DNA of 63,759 nt, filler included, from Octopus bimaculoides (lineage: Eukaryota): the NCBI RefSeq assembly GCF_001194135.2. It is 8 parts of 5 records of this genome, joined end to end, with 100 filler letters (N's around TTAATTAATTAA, not from the genome) between each part and the next. Parts side by side here need not be neighbours in the genome. Positions count along the whole stretch, not along the records: positions 24,950 to 28,029 come from NC_068989.1; positions 28,130 to 39,484 come from NC_068988.1; positions 39,585 to 45,977 come from NC_069000.1; 5 more parts are not named here. One strand, written 5' to 3'. Positions 27,239 to 39,641 of this stretch are shown here, in pieces; positions within the stretch are counted from its first letter, which is position 1; each line of letters begins with the position of its first letter. Position numbers and translations under genes: made by a program. The notes under the pieces are model-generated. The model was not told where the DNA came from. It worked only from the letters and a program-made list of their open reading frames with translations, and searched no databases.

Positions 27239-28029
27239 GAGGGGTGTCTGAAAAGTTTTTAGTTTAACCTAGAATCGGGGCTGCTATATAGTTGAAGCAA
27301 TTTTTTCTGGTAAGTACAGTCTTTTCGGAGTATTCTTGTTCATTTTCATGATTCTGATATTTTAATTTTTTTTGTTGCAGATTTTTGAATAAACAAGCTT
27401 CGAATTTACAAGGAAAATGGAGAAAGCTGAGTATCATGCTGTCATAAAGTACCTTCATTTGAAAGGCATGACTCCATCAGAAATCCATGAAGATATGGTG
27501 AGAAACTTAACAGACAATGCTCCTTCATATGCAATAGTCAAACGCTGGGTAAATGAATTCAAGCGTGGTAGGGAGAGTGTAGAAGATGATCCAAGACCAA
27601 GGAGACCTCCAACTGCAACCACCAAGACAACTTTGACCTTGCTCTTGGTATGATAATGCAAGATCACCGAATATCATGTCGTCAGATAGCCGAAACACTG
27701 GGCATCTCAACTGAAAGAGCAGACAACATTGTGACAAAAGAACTTGAGTTCTGAAAGGTTTCTGCAAGGTGAGTCCCTCGCCTTTTGACTCCTGAACAGA
27801 AACGCACCAGGTGCACTTTGTCCACGAGCAATCTGGAACTGTTTGAAGCTGATGAAGCTGATTTTCTTGTTGTTTCATTACTATGGACGTAAGTTAGGTC
27901 CATCGCTACCAGCCTGAAACCAAAGAACAATCAAAGCAGTGGAAGCACACATCTTCTCCTACCCCAAAGAAGGCCAGGGTCATTCCTTCAGCTGGCAAGG
28001 TCATGGCGTCCGTTTTTTGGGGATTCTCA
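27238..28029 (+). mobile_element. Mariner transposon (irritans-like), 5' TIR plus pseudogenised transposase N-terminal half, cut by scaffold end
   Basis: TA|CGAGGGGTGTCTGAAAAGTT TIR; MEKAEYHAVIKYLHLKG...KRWVNEFKRGRESVEDDPR; *VPRLLTPEQK (WVPxxL motif), TMDV (first D), QSKQW..., KVMASVFWDS; frameshifts and stops. Confidence 0.92.
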
Positions 28030-28129
28030 NNNNNNNNNNNNNNNNNNNNNNNNNNNNNNNNNNNNNNNNNNNNTTAATTAATTAANNNNNNNNNNNNNNN
28101 NNNNNNNNNNNNNNNNNNNNNNNNNNNNN
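28030..28129. other. Artificial scaffold-joining spacer
   Basis: 44 N + TTAATTAATTAA (28074-28085) + 44 N. Confidence 0.95.
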
Positions 28130-28144
28130 TATATATATATATAT

Positions 28145-28385
28145 ATATATATGAGCATGCCTAGATAAACAACTATATGCATGAGAATGCATACATAAAA
28201 CAAACATACAAATCTGCACACATACATAGATATATACATACATACATACATACATACATACATACATACATACATACATACCCTGTTGTTGATGTTGAAA
28301 TTCCAATGAAGGATACTTGGATCTAGGTTAGAAATCGGTTCTTTTTCTATTGGCAAGAAATCTTGAAATAAAACTGAATAATGAC
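28145..28385 (-). mobile_element. Dispersed repeat family F with internal (TATG)n
   Basis: Reverse complement tttctaacctagatccaagtatccttcattggaatttcaacatcaacaacaggg...ttctcatgcatatagttg matches 60326-60490. Confidence 0.75.
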
Positions 28386-28910
28386 GTACATGTATTATAC
28401 ATAAATTCGTATTTGTGTATGCGTCTTCATGTATGCATGAATGCGTGTAATATATTACATTGGTTTGGGTGTTGGTGATAGTGTTGATGCTTAATGTGGA
28501 GGTATTGGTAGTAGCCTCAGTAGTCATATTGTTCTTGTTAATTGTATTGTTGCTGTTAAGTCTGAGATAAGTCCTTATTCACCTAAAATATAAAAAGATA
28601 TTTCGTATAACTTCAAAAATAAACTAGGAACCACAGTATCATATATCGTTGTCTGTAATTTTAGATTAAACTCCTCCTAGAGGTCTAGGATGATTTTGAT
28701 CCTCCTAGTCCTAATGATAATCTTGATCAAAAAGGATTTGGTTGAATAGTAATGGCGATGGTTATATTTGTGTTTTTGTTGATGGCTGCGATAATGGTGT
28801 TGATGGTATGTAGTGGTAATGGTGACTATTCATTTATAGATAGACAGACAGATAACAAAATAGACAATCAGATGGACAGATAGACAGACATACATGTAGA
28901 AAGATGGATG

Positions 28911-28966
<56 letters not shown>

Positions 28967-29141
28967 GATAGATTGTTTTATCACAGCTGATGTACGTCCG
29001 ACGAACGGTCACATGAAACTGAGTAACAGCTTGTGAAGTTTTTTAGGATTTGATAAATAAAGATTTTGCTCTACGTTTTTGGTATTCAATTGTTACATTT
29101 TTCATCTCGTTCTGCACTTATGTGCTTACTTGTGTATATAT

Positions 29142-29208
<67 letters not shown>

Positions 29209-29232
29209 CGTGTGCGTGTGTGTGTGCGTGCG

Positions 29233-29272
<40 letters not shown>

Positions 29273-29279
29273 AGATATA

Positions 29280-29577
29280 CAGAGTCTTGCAGATAAATTG
29301 AGATTAATTTTAAACAGTTGACTTAGTGGGTTTGACATTTCATTTTCTGACAAAATCTTGCTTGCTTGAAAATCTAACTCTCCTCTTTATTTTCCAGGTA
29401 AATAACCAACTGATCCGACAATAAAATGTCATGGAACAATAGAATCGCTCCACTATTGTTGTTTTGGCTCGCACCGGGCACGCAGTCAAGAAAATTGGTA
29501 AGTTGACGAAACTTCCAAAAGCAACAGTTTATCGTGTATATAAACAATTTAATGAACCAGGAAAGATTGACAGAAAT
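29280..29577 (+). mobile_element. Tc1/mariner-superfamily 5' fragment (putative TIR plus HTH)
   Basis: TA|CAGAGTCTTGCAGATAAA; from ATG 29431: MEQ*NRSTIVVLARTGHAVKKIGKLTKLPKATVYRVYKQFNEPGKIDR resembles a transposase HTH. Confidence 0.6.
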
Positions 29578-30930
29578 GCTTGACATATTTCATCAACACA
29601 CAAGTTACATTTATTAGCAGCAATTTTATACGATCTAGCATGGGTATGTATTTGCCATTTAATGATGTACAATTTCATACTATCCTTTAATTTCCATATA
29701 AACTCACTTAAAATAGCACTGTTCAACCTATCCCTGATCCTAAACGTATATTCATGGTTTGCGATTCGTTTTTTAATAAACTTTTCAGTTTACCCAATGT
29801 AAAAATAATTTTTCCCTTCAGGTTCAACTTTATATCTGTATACAAGGTTATTTTTCATACAAACATTATTGAAAAAACATTTATCCTTAAATCTACAATC
29901 ACAAGTTCTAGCGACATAATTATCAGTAATAAAATCATACTTATTTCTATCATGAAAAATGTCTAATTTTTTGTTATTAATTGAAGAGGTCATTCTAAAC
30001 AATTTTTTAGATACTGAAAAACCGGTTCTGATCTTTTTATTACTTATTGTTCTATTATATTTATTTTCTTTATTAAAATATTAAGATATAGATCTGTAAA
30101 AGAGCTTAACCAAATTGTCTTTATTTTCCTTGCATAAGGAAAAATAAACTAAATATTATGTTTCATTTTCAGGATTAATAGTATTAAGTGTATCAAAACC
30201 TGCGTATGGAGTATACCTTTTAGTCTTAAACGTAAGCCTATTTTCATACAGGATACTATAATTGCTACGTTTTTTCTTATTTACACTGTTACTATTATTA
30301 TTAGTATTATTCTTATTATCAATAACATCATTATCATCATCATAATACAGATTTAGTGTATCTACATTATTGGTATTGATTTAGAACATACATTTAGACT
30401 GTATTTCATTCCGCTCTTACTTAGGTTATGTTTAGATTCTTTAATAGCTAATTTATTAATTACCTCATCAACCTTATTACTATTTAAGTTTTTATGAGAG
30501 CTACGAATTTTAATTTTATTACTCACGTCTCTACTATCAAATCCACACATTCTGTTGTCTACCGATTTGCCATTAGTATAATAATATTTTTATAGTCTTC
30601 GTTTTTATTACAATATACAACCCTATGCATATATCCCGCTTTTTTAAGGTCCACATTATAATATTCTGCATTATTGTCAAAGATTTCGTCATTAGAAGAT
30701 AAATATGACACACACCTCGAAGCATTATTAATTAAAGTTCGTGTAATTGATTTAGGATGATTACTATTGAAGTTAATATATTTCAAATTATTGTTTGGTT
30801 TATGACATGGAACACATTGGCCAGTAACAAAATTCAAATTAACATCTAAATAATCAACAGAATCATGTTCATTTTTAATAGAAACAGATAAACCAAATCT
30901 TTTTTAAAAAAACATTAATAATATTACTTA
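29578..30930 (-). mobile_element. Penelope-like element relic (probably Neptune-type): RT C-terminus/thumb, linker, Cys motif, GIY-YIG endonuclease
   Basis: Minus strand: VDYLDV..., HKPNNNLKYINFNSNHPKSI...SYLSSNDEIF...DLKKAGY; NI*FIFPYARKIKDNL; CDCRFKDKCFFNNVCMKNNLVYRYKV...YFYIG; LSEFIWKLKD...IKWQI...KCNLC; stops and frameshifts. Confidence 0.85.
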
Positions 30931-32341
30931 AGTAATATATAAATATATTATTATTAATTAATCCATGGAAGAAGAAACAATTTCTTTCAAACAGATGGAA
31001 AACATCCACAGAATAGTAGAGAAAACATCCGAACTTAAAATGGTATAATTTCAATATATAAATACTAAAGGAAATAGAGAAATACAATTCACTTATTTAT
31101 TAACATTATACTATAATGTAATTATACTATAAAAAGAGATAATATAATATAACAAACAATTAAAACAAATATATATCCTACAATTTGTTTCGATTCATAT
31201 CCAATTGTGAATTTATAAAAAATAGGCAAAAATCTCATGCAAGAACTGCTAAATCATGTTTACAAGCGTGAGAGTTGATAATTTTAAAATATAATAAATA
31301 TAATAAAAGCAAAACCAAAATTGAAATAAATTAAATAAACAAAACAATTACAACTGTCATAAAATGTTCTTATGCGTCTTTAATAATATTAATCTAAGGA
31401 TATTTTAATCTAAAATAATCACTGCCCATTTTTATTATATAATAATAAAATTTATATATGTGAAGGTGGAGTAGGAAATATATTTTATTTAAAATTTCTA
31501 TATACTATTATGAAAAATATATATGGATATATTTTATTCAGATACTAAATACATTTGAAGAAATTTTTAATCAACGATTCATTTATTCAAAAGTTTCTAT
31601 TAAATACGCTAATGCTAAACAAATATATAAAATTACGATTATTATAACCTGTACTATTTCTTAGATAAAAATGATAACAATATATAAATAACGTATCAGA
31701 ATTTTACTTAGTTTTACAGAAGGAAATAAAGTAGAGTAAGCCAATAATTCTATTATTCTATCATTTTTATGTGCATAGAAGTTGGAAAGAACATAATATT
31801 ATGATATATACTAAATATTATAGGGTTCCACGAAATATTCATATATGCATAATTATTCAAAACTATATATAATTATGTTTAAGATTTATTCTTAACTATT
31901 TACACGTAGTAATATAAACATTATTCTTAGTAAATAACAAGTAAAAACACAAATTTACTTAGTTTATGAGAGGAAACTACCACATTAAATTAATGATTAT
32001 ATATTTATACCGCCATTGCTTACGATAAAATAACCGGAAATACGAACTTACACCAGAAATGTTTTCAATCATGATATGGCATTTTATAAAATTATTTATA
32101 TATTATTATTATTATTAAATTTAATTTATATACTTATAATCATTTTATATAAAGATGATAGAATGACTAAAACTAATATCTTAAATTTAACTACGAATAT
32201 AGTAATATAATTTACACTTAAGATAAATATATTATGATACTTAATACTAAATTTATTTATTAATCCACTGAAATATTATAAATATCCTCATTAATATACT
32301 AATTCAAAATTAGTATATTCACAAATTCAAGCACACATACA

Positions 32342-32377
<36 letters not shown>

Positions 32378-32386
32378 GATACATGT

Positions 32387-32455
<69 letters not shown>

Positions 32456-32779
32456 ATTATTTATTTATATTTACTAATATACATATATATATATATATAT
32501 ATATACAAACACACATATACGCATCTGCACACATATATACATAATACATACATACGCATACTTATATACATATGCACATATATACATATATATACACATA
32601 TCCAGATACATACAAATATACGCATATACATATATATATATATCTACATATCTACATAGACAACATATATATAGATGAATACATATGCACACATATATAT
32701 ATATATACATATATATACATATATGCACACATACACACATATACATGCATACACACATGCCCACACATATATATAAATG

Positions 32780-32915
32780 TAGCAGGAGTGGTTGCGTAGT
32801 AAGAAGCTTGCTTCCCAGTCATATGGTTCCGGGCTCCAGTTCAGTGCCACTGCGTGGCACCTTCGGCAAGTGTCTTCTACTATAGCCTCAGGCTGATCAA
32901 AGGTTTGTGGGTGGA
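32780..32915 (+). mobile_element. Family A SINE 5' half
   Basis: gcaggagtggttgcgtagtaagaagcttgcttccc...ggcaagtgtcttctactatagcctcagg. Confidence 0.8.
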
Positions 32916-33067
32916 TATATGTGCGTGTGCATATGTTTAACGTATAGATAAATACATTCGCATATATACACGCACATGCGTAAGCACACACACACATGCA
33001 CATGCATAAACACACACACATACGCACACTTATGTATATACATACATACACACAAGCCTACAAACAT

Positions 33068-33102
<35 letters not shown>

Positions 33103-34252
33103 NNNNNNNNNNNNNNNNNNNNNNNNNNNNNNNNNNNNNNNNNNNNNNNNNNNNNNNNNNNNNNNNNNNNNNNNNNNNNNNNNNNNNNNNNNNNNNNNNN
33201 NNNNNNNNNNNNNNNNNNNNNNNNNNNNNNNNNNNNNNNNNNNNNNNNNNNNNNNNNNNNNNNNNNNNNNNNNNNNNNNNNNNNNNNNNNNNNNNNNNNN
33301 NNNNNNNNNNNNNNNNNNNNNNNNNNNNNNNNNNNNNNNNNNNNNNNNNNNNNNNNNNNNNNNNNNNNNNNNNNNNNNNNNNNNNNNNNNNNNNNNNNNN
33401 NNNNNNNNNNNNNNNNNNNNNNNNNNNNNNNNNNNNNNNNNNNNNNNNNNNNNNNNNNNNNNNNNNNNNNNNNNNNNNNNNNNNNNNNNNNNNNNNNNNN
33501 NNNNNNNNNNNNNNNNNNNNNNNNNNNNNNNNNNNNNNNNNNNNNNNNNNNNNNNNNNNNNNNNNNNNNNNNNNNNNNNNNNNNNNNNNNNNNNNNNNNN
33601 NNNNNNNNNNNNNNNNNNNNNNNNNNNNNNNNNNNNNNNNNNNNNNNNNNNNNNNNNNNNNNNNNNNNNNNNNNNNNNNNNNNNNNNNNNNNNNNNNNNN
33701 NNNNNNNNNNNNNNNNNNNNNNNNNNNNNNNNNNNNNNNNNNNNNNNNNNNNNNNNNNNNNNNNNNNNNNNNNNNNNNNNNNNNNNNNNNNNNNNNNNNN
33801 NNNNNNNNNNNNNNNNNNNNNNNNNNNNNNNNNNNNNNNNNNNNNNNNNNNNNNNNNNNNNNNNNNNNNNNNNNNNNNNNNNNNNNNNNNNNNNNNNNNN
33901 NNNNNNNNNNNNNNNNNNNNNNNNNNNNNNNNNNNNNNNNNNNNNNNNNNNNNNNNNNNNNNNNNNNNNNNNNNNNNNNNNNNNNNNNNNNNNNNNNNNN
34001 NNNNNNNNNNNNNNNNNNNNNNNNNNNNNNNNNNNNNNNNNNNNNNNNNNNNNNNNNNNNNNNNNNNNNNNNNNNNNNNNNNNNNNNNNNNNNNNNNNNN
34101 NNGCATTAGCCCGAAAATCCATCGTGGCAGAATTTGAACTCAGAACGTAACGACAGTCGGTCATAATATAGAAACATTTCTCATTGCACCAGTACATTGT
34201 TTACAGATGCTTACATTTTTATGTTTTCCGTGATTTTTTACGGGTCCTGCTA

Positions 34253-34253
<1 letters not shown>

Positions 34254-34314
<61 letters not shown>

Positions 34315-34850
34315 CATTATTATTATTATTATTAATATTATTTACTTTTAATATCTTCATGTAATACAACACAGACATTTAAATGGATAGGATTTTCTAA
34401 AGATGTGGGCAATACTTGTCAGTACAATCGTTTGGATTTCTCTGAGACATGGTTCTCCTGGGATATTACCTAGAATTTTCTGATATCCCTTTCTTATCAT
34501 ACCAAGGTCATCCACAATAACAGGAACAGTTCTCGCTTTAAGGTGCCACAGCTTTTGTATTTCAGTTTCCAGGTCCTTATATTTACTTAGTTTATCATAT
34601 TCTTTTACAGATATATTTTTATCAGTGGGAACGCTTACATCTATTAGTCTACAAGTATTTTCTTCTATGTCTTTAATAATTATGTCTGGTCGATTAGCCT
34701 GGATTGTTCTGTCAGTGTTGGCGGGAAAACCCCAGAAGATAGTGACATTTTTACCTTCAACGACTATCTCAGGATGATGTCCATACCAGTAAGCAGTAGT
34801 GCTGAGTTTGTAATGCTTACATATTTTCCAATTTTTAGCAACACACGTCT
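34254..34850 (-). mobile_element. R4/Dong-clade non-LTR retrotransposon 3' fragment (REL endonuclease) ending in (TAA)n
   Basis: Minus strand: NTDRTIQANRPDIIIKD...CRLIDVSVPTDKNI...KYKDLETEIQKLW...VPVIV..LGMI; IPGEPCLREIQTIVL..AHI; (TTA)n 34254-34334 on plus. Confidence 0.85.
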
Positions 34851-35435
34851 GTATACAATGGTCCTTCTTTTTGTCTTCTCCATCAAATCTGAAGGAAAAG
34901 CAAGCTTGATTTTCCTATCCCTTCTATTGAGGAGTTTTTCTGCTTCACTCAGGTATGCATGTTTTCCTTCCAGGGAGATTTACTCCTGCAAAGGAGATGT
35001 TCTTATTGTTACTGTTATTGATTATATCGTTTCTGCTGCTGGTGTTGTTCCTGTCGTTGTTCGTATTAATCAGAGCCAAAACGACGCTATTGTTTCTGAT
35101 GTTCAGATCGTTGACCGAAATAGCCAAGCTACTTGCTAACGGAGGAAAATCATTGACATTGTAGTTGTACTGCTTATTTGTCTCTACCATCAAAACTGTA
35201 ATAGTGTTGTTGCTGTTGCTGCCGCTGCTGTGGATGCTGCTATTGTTGTTTAAAAGAAAAGTTGTTCCTCATACATATGTAACTACAGACATATATTTCC
35301 AATTCCTTCACCAATATCTTTTGTTCCTCACAATCGCTCTCACATTCATCACCTCACATACACAGTTTCACATCTAACGATCACCGACGCACCAACACCC
35401 TACAACGTCTCTACACACAAGCATTTGTACACCTC

Positions 35436-35471
<36 letters not shown>

Positions 35472-35483
35472 CTCTCTCACACA

Positions 35484-35558
<75 letters not shown>

Positions 35559-36207
35559 ACATTACTTATTCCTGTTTCTAAACGCGAAAACACTCTTTTA
35601 CTTGCGTCAATACACCCACCCTTTCCTCCCTTCGTAAGTCTCTCCCATAGAATAGGATTCCTACCTGGTTTCTGATTTTTCACCCATTTCCCCCGTCGTC
35701 AACTATTTCTGTATATGACGTCCTCTGTTTCTCGACGTCCGAAATGCTGGCATACTTTCTCTTTCTATAAAAGTATTACGCTAATATTTGCTAAATTTTA
35801 TTCTTCTTGTATATTGATAATTATGAATTGATCATTGTATTTACACATACACACACAGATACACACACGCCCACATGCGCCCACATGCATACACATACAT
35901 AAATGCATAACAAAGCGGAGAAAATAGTACTCGAATACCATAGAAAGACTAAACTACAGGATTTTACTGAAGCTGAAAAATTTCATAAACTGTTTCAGAG
36001 CGATTGTGTTGTTCCAACTGTTCACCTCTGTGTGGTGACTAGTTACGTGAAACTCAGATTAATAGTTTGTGAAGATTTTCAGCTTCAATAAAGTATTGTA
36101 TATACCTACATGTATAAATACATCCATCCATTCATCCAACTATTCATCCATACATACATCCATATATAATTAAAGACATAGATAGATAGATACATATATA
36201 TATATTT

Positions 36208-36710
36208 ATATAAAATTAGTGTACATTTATACATAAAAGAGGTGAACCTAGCAGAACACCTTAAATGCTAAAAGGAACAGTCAAAGTCCAAACCACGGTT
36301 AAAAGTAATTTCGAAGAGGATGAAAAATAAAAACATGTTCAAGGGTCACCACTTGTACCTAGGCTTCGAACATCAATAAACAAATAAAATAATTTGTTGT
36401 CTGTATTCTTCATCAGCAAGGGCGCTAAAAATTAACGTATAATTATGGGACAAATAGACAGCACATGCCCCATCTTTATACATTATAATTTTTCAAATCC
36501 ATCGCGCAAGCGCAGTTATAGTCGGCAGCGAATAAAAATATATGTACCAACTTTCTTCAAAATTACGAAAATCATATTAAGAAAAAATATATATACATAG
36601 GGTAGGAAAATTAGAGAAATTTTCTACCAGTGGCTAGCATGCATAAAATAGTCAATAGACAACACATTATTCATATAAAATTAGTGTACATTTATACACA
36701 AAAGAGGTGA
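36208..36710 (-). mobile_element. 465-bp-period unit bounded by 38-bp direct repeats, carrying a hammerhead motif (pLTR/retrozyme-like)
   Basis: atataaaattagtgtacatttataca(t/c)aaaagaggtga at 36208-36245 and 36673-36710; homologous to 40837-41115; strand assigned from the ribozyme orientation. Confidence 0.6.
36348..36424 (-). ncRNA. Type-I hammerhead ribozyme motif with one core substitution (A15.1>G)
   Basis: Minus strand: CGCCCTTG - CTGATGA - A - GAATA...TGTTC - GAAG - CCTAGG - TA - CAAG(T)GGTG; helix I 8 bp with one bulge, palindromic helix III, GUA triplet. Confidence 0.6.
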
Positions 36711-38022
36711 CCTTAACATATGAATAATATGTTGTCTAGANNNNNNNNNNNNNNNNNNNNNNNNNNNNNNNNNNNNNNNNNNNNNNNNNNNNNNNNNNNN
36801 NNNNNNNNNNNNNNNNNNNNNNNNNNNNNNNNNNNNNNNNNNNNNNNNNNNNNNNNNNNNNNNNNNNNNNNNNNNNNNNNNNNNNNNNNNNNNNNNNNNN
36901 NNNNNNNNNNNNNNNNNNNNNNNNNNNNNNNATATATATATATATATATACACACATGCATACATACATACACATTCACATGGGGTTAGGGACAGGGATA
37001 AAGTGTCCAAGTGGCACCGTTCGAGCACTAAGTTATGGCTAACCACATCTAGTTGTAAGGAGCACCTAGCATTACTTAACTTAAGCAATCTAAATTTATA
37101 TCATCCAATGGGTAAATCCTGGTTCGCTTTGCTGGATTATAAATATTTTCCCGAGTGTAGATGCAAGACAGTTACAGTGAATACGGAGACTTAGTACATC
37201 TGCAAATCTTTTATTTCTACCGTCAATTATACAGTATATTTGATCTCTCTCCCTCTTTCTCTTTCTCTGTCTCTCTCTCGCACACACTTTCTCTCTCTCT
37301 TTCTCTCTATCTCTCTCTCACACACACACACACGCACACATTCTCTATGTTTTCAAGATATATTATATATAAATATAGTACACTATTGTAGCAACTATCA
37401 ATTGAAAATTTTGCAAAAATGTGATCTCCATCTGGTTATTGTATAGCTGTTACGTTATGTCAAAATAAACATCTTTAAAACAATGTAAATGCTACAGTTT
37501 TAACAATATACTATATTAAAAATCATAATTATAACATAATACGAAAATTGTATAACACCATATAATATAAGGTATTGTAATCCGTATTGTTATAGATTAC
37601 ACATTATAACATATATTCTTGATTATAACAGGTATAGAGAGAAAGTAATGTTGATACCAAAAGTTGAAGAAAGAACAAAAATGCTGAGTGGAATGCAATT
37701 TATTTATAATTAAGACATGAATTATATAGCAGGCGACTCTAGTTTATCGATCGTTACTCTGAAAATTCAAGCCAAAAGAAGTAGTTTAATTTATAGGACA
37801 GATTTCTCATGTTGAGAAATCTGTCAGACGTAGAAGACATCAAAGCAATACAAAACTGCTATTACAGAGTTAAAAACATTTTTCTCATTGGATTTTCTGT
37901 CTTCAGTAGATAAAAGACAACGAAATTATTAAGACAACGAACATTAAAAATCAGAGTAACACAACATAACATGTATATCGAGTTTAACAAGATAACACCC
38001 TTTCATACACACACACAGGCAT

Positions 38023-38083
<61 letters not shown>

Positions 38084-38506
38084 TACACACACACACACAC
38101 ACAAACACACTCACACACTCACTCACACACGTTTATGAATTCCTGTGTGCTGAAACAGATTCCTGTGTGCCGAAACAGATATCGTTATACTTCGGGACGA
38201 TCACTTTTTTGTTTTTGCCAAATGGGCACTAGCACATCACTCGTTTATTACAGTTGTTATTTTATCTTATGTCCATTATCTGGAGATCTGTGACCTCTTC
38301 AGCGACCCTTTCTATTTACGGGTTTCTTCCTGCCCCACTTAGTCGATCCTGTCCGTTTATGACGTGTATCCTTATCTGTGCATGCGTTGGCATCTCTATC
38401 TGTCACCACTCACTGTCTCTTTTACTTTCTATCTTTCTCTCTCACTCTCTCACTTTCACCCTCACTCTCCCTTTCTCTCTCACTATCTCTCTCCCTCTCT
38501 CTCTCA

Positions 38507-38543
<37 letters not shown>

Positions 38544-38733
38544 TCTCTTACTTCCTCTCTGTCCTCCTCTCTCTCTCGCTTTGCCATTTCTTTGAAGTGT
38601 GACGCACACAACGGGTACGTTCAAAAACAAAAAGGTTAGCTTATTAATATTATTGATAATAATAATAATAATAATAATGAGAAGAAGAAGAAGAAGAAGA
38701 AGAAGAAGAAGAAGAAGAAGAAGAAGAAGAAGA

Positions 38734-38830
38734 TCTAAGTACCAGGACCTAGCCATTGAATTACAGAGACTATGGAAAATGCGGGTAAAATGTATCCCAA
38801 TAGTTATAGGTGCGTTGGGAACTATCCCTA
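38734..38830 (+). mobile_element. R4/Dong-clade REL endonuclease fragment
   Basis: SKYQDLAIELQRLWKMRVKCIPIVIGALGTIP, directly after (TAA)n and (AGA)n. Confidence 0.8.
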
Positions 38831-38944
38831 ACAGATCTTTAGGGAAATTTCCCAATGCATTGGGTTACATTTTACCCGCACTTTCCATAGTCTCTGTAAT
38901 TCTGTATACACATACACATACACACACACACGCTCACACATGCG

Positions 38945-39048
38945 ACGGGCGAGGCTATAGTAGTAGACACTTGCTCAAAGCACCACGCAGTGGGATTGAA
39001 TCTGGAACTATATGGCTGGGAAGCAAACGTCTTACCACACAGCCATGC
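38945..39048 (-). mobile_element. Family A SINE 5' part
   Basis: gaggctatagtagtagacacttgctcaaagcaccacgcagtggga...ttaccacacagccatgcctg. Confidence 0.75.
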
Positions 39049-39147
39049 CTGATTCTTCACGTGAAATAAATCAATCAATCCATTTAAAATACTTTTCTCT
39101 CTTTTGCTTGCCCTGTCTAACTATACATGTGTGTGCATACACACAAA

Positions 39148-39189
<42 letters not shown>

Positions 39190-39211
39190 CGCGCGTGCGT
39201 GCGTGCGTGTA

Positions 39212-39484
39212 CAGGCTGGGACAGAGAGGACGGACCTTTTTGAAATAATTATTGCCCAGCATCAGTAGGAGGGACATATGTCCGATCGGTACCATTCGAT
39301 CCGGTGGGGTGTCTTAATAGTTTTTTTCTTTTCTTTTCAGGTGAAGCCATGGCGCTATGGACGGTGGAGCATCGCGTGTTTGCCTACGACAGTTATGTGA
39401 AAAATAACGAGTCTGTCACAGTAATTCAGCGAAAGTTTCGGCGCCACTTCAACATTCACTGAAATCAGGATGTTCCCACCCATA
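39212..39484 (+). mobile_element. Tc1/mariner-superfamily 5' end with DUF4817-like HTH, cut by scaffold end
   Basis: TA|CAGGCTGGGACAGA; ATG 39349: MALWTVEHRVFAYDSYVKNNESVTVIQRKFRRHFNIH*NQDVPT. Confidence 0.75.
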
Positions 39485-39584
39485 NNNNNNNNNNNNNNNN
39501 NNNNNNNNNNNNNNNNNNNNNNNNNNNNTTAATTAATTAANNNNNNNNNNNNNNNNNNNNNNNNNNNNNNNNNNNNNNNNNNNN
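39485..39584. other. Artificial scaffold-joining spacer
   Basis: 44 N + TTAATTAATTAA (39529-39540) + 44 N. Confidence 0.95.

Positions 39585-39641
<57 letters not shown>

Noticed and set aside
31455-31500. CEGGVGN as a decayed Walker A motif
   Set aside because: Lacks the GKS/T lysine and has no downstream Walker B in frame.
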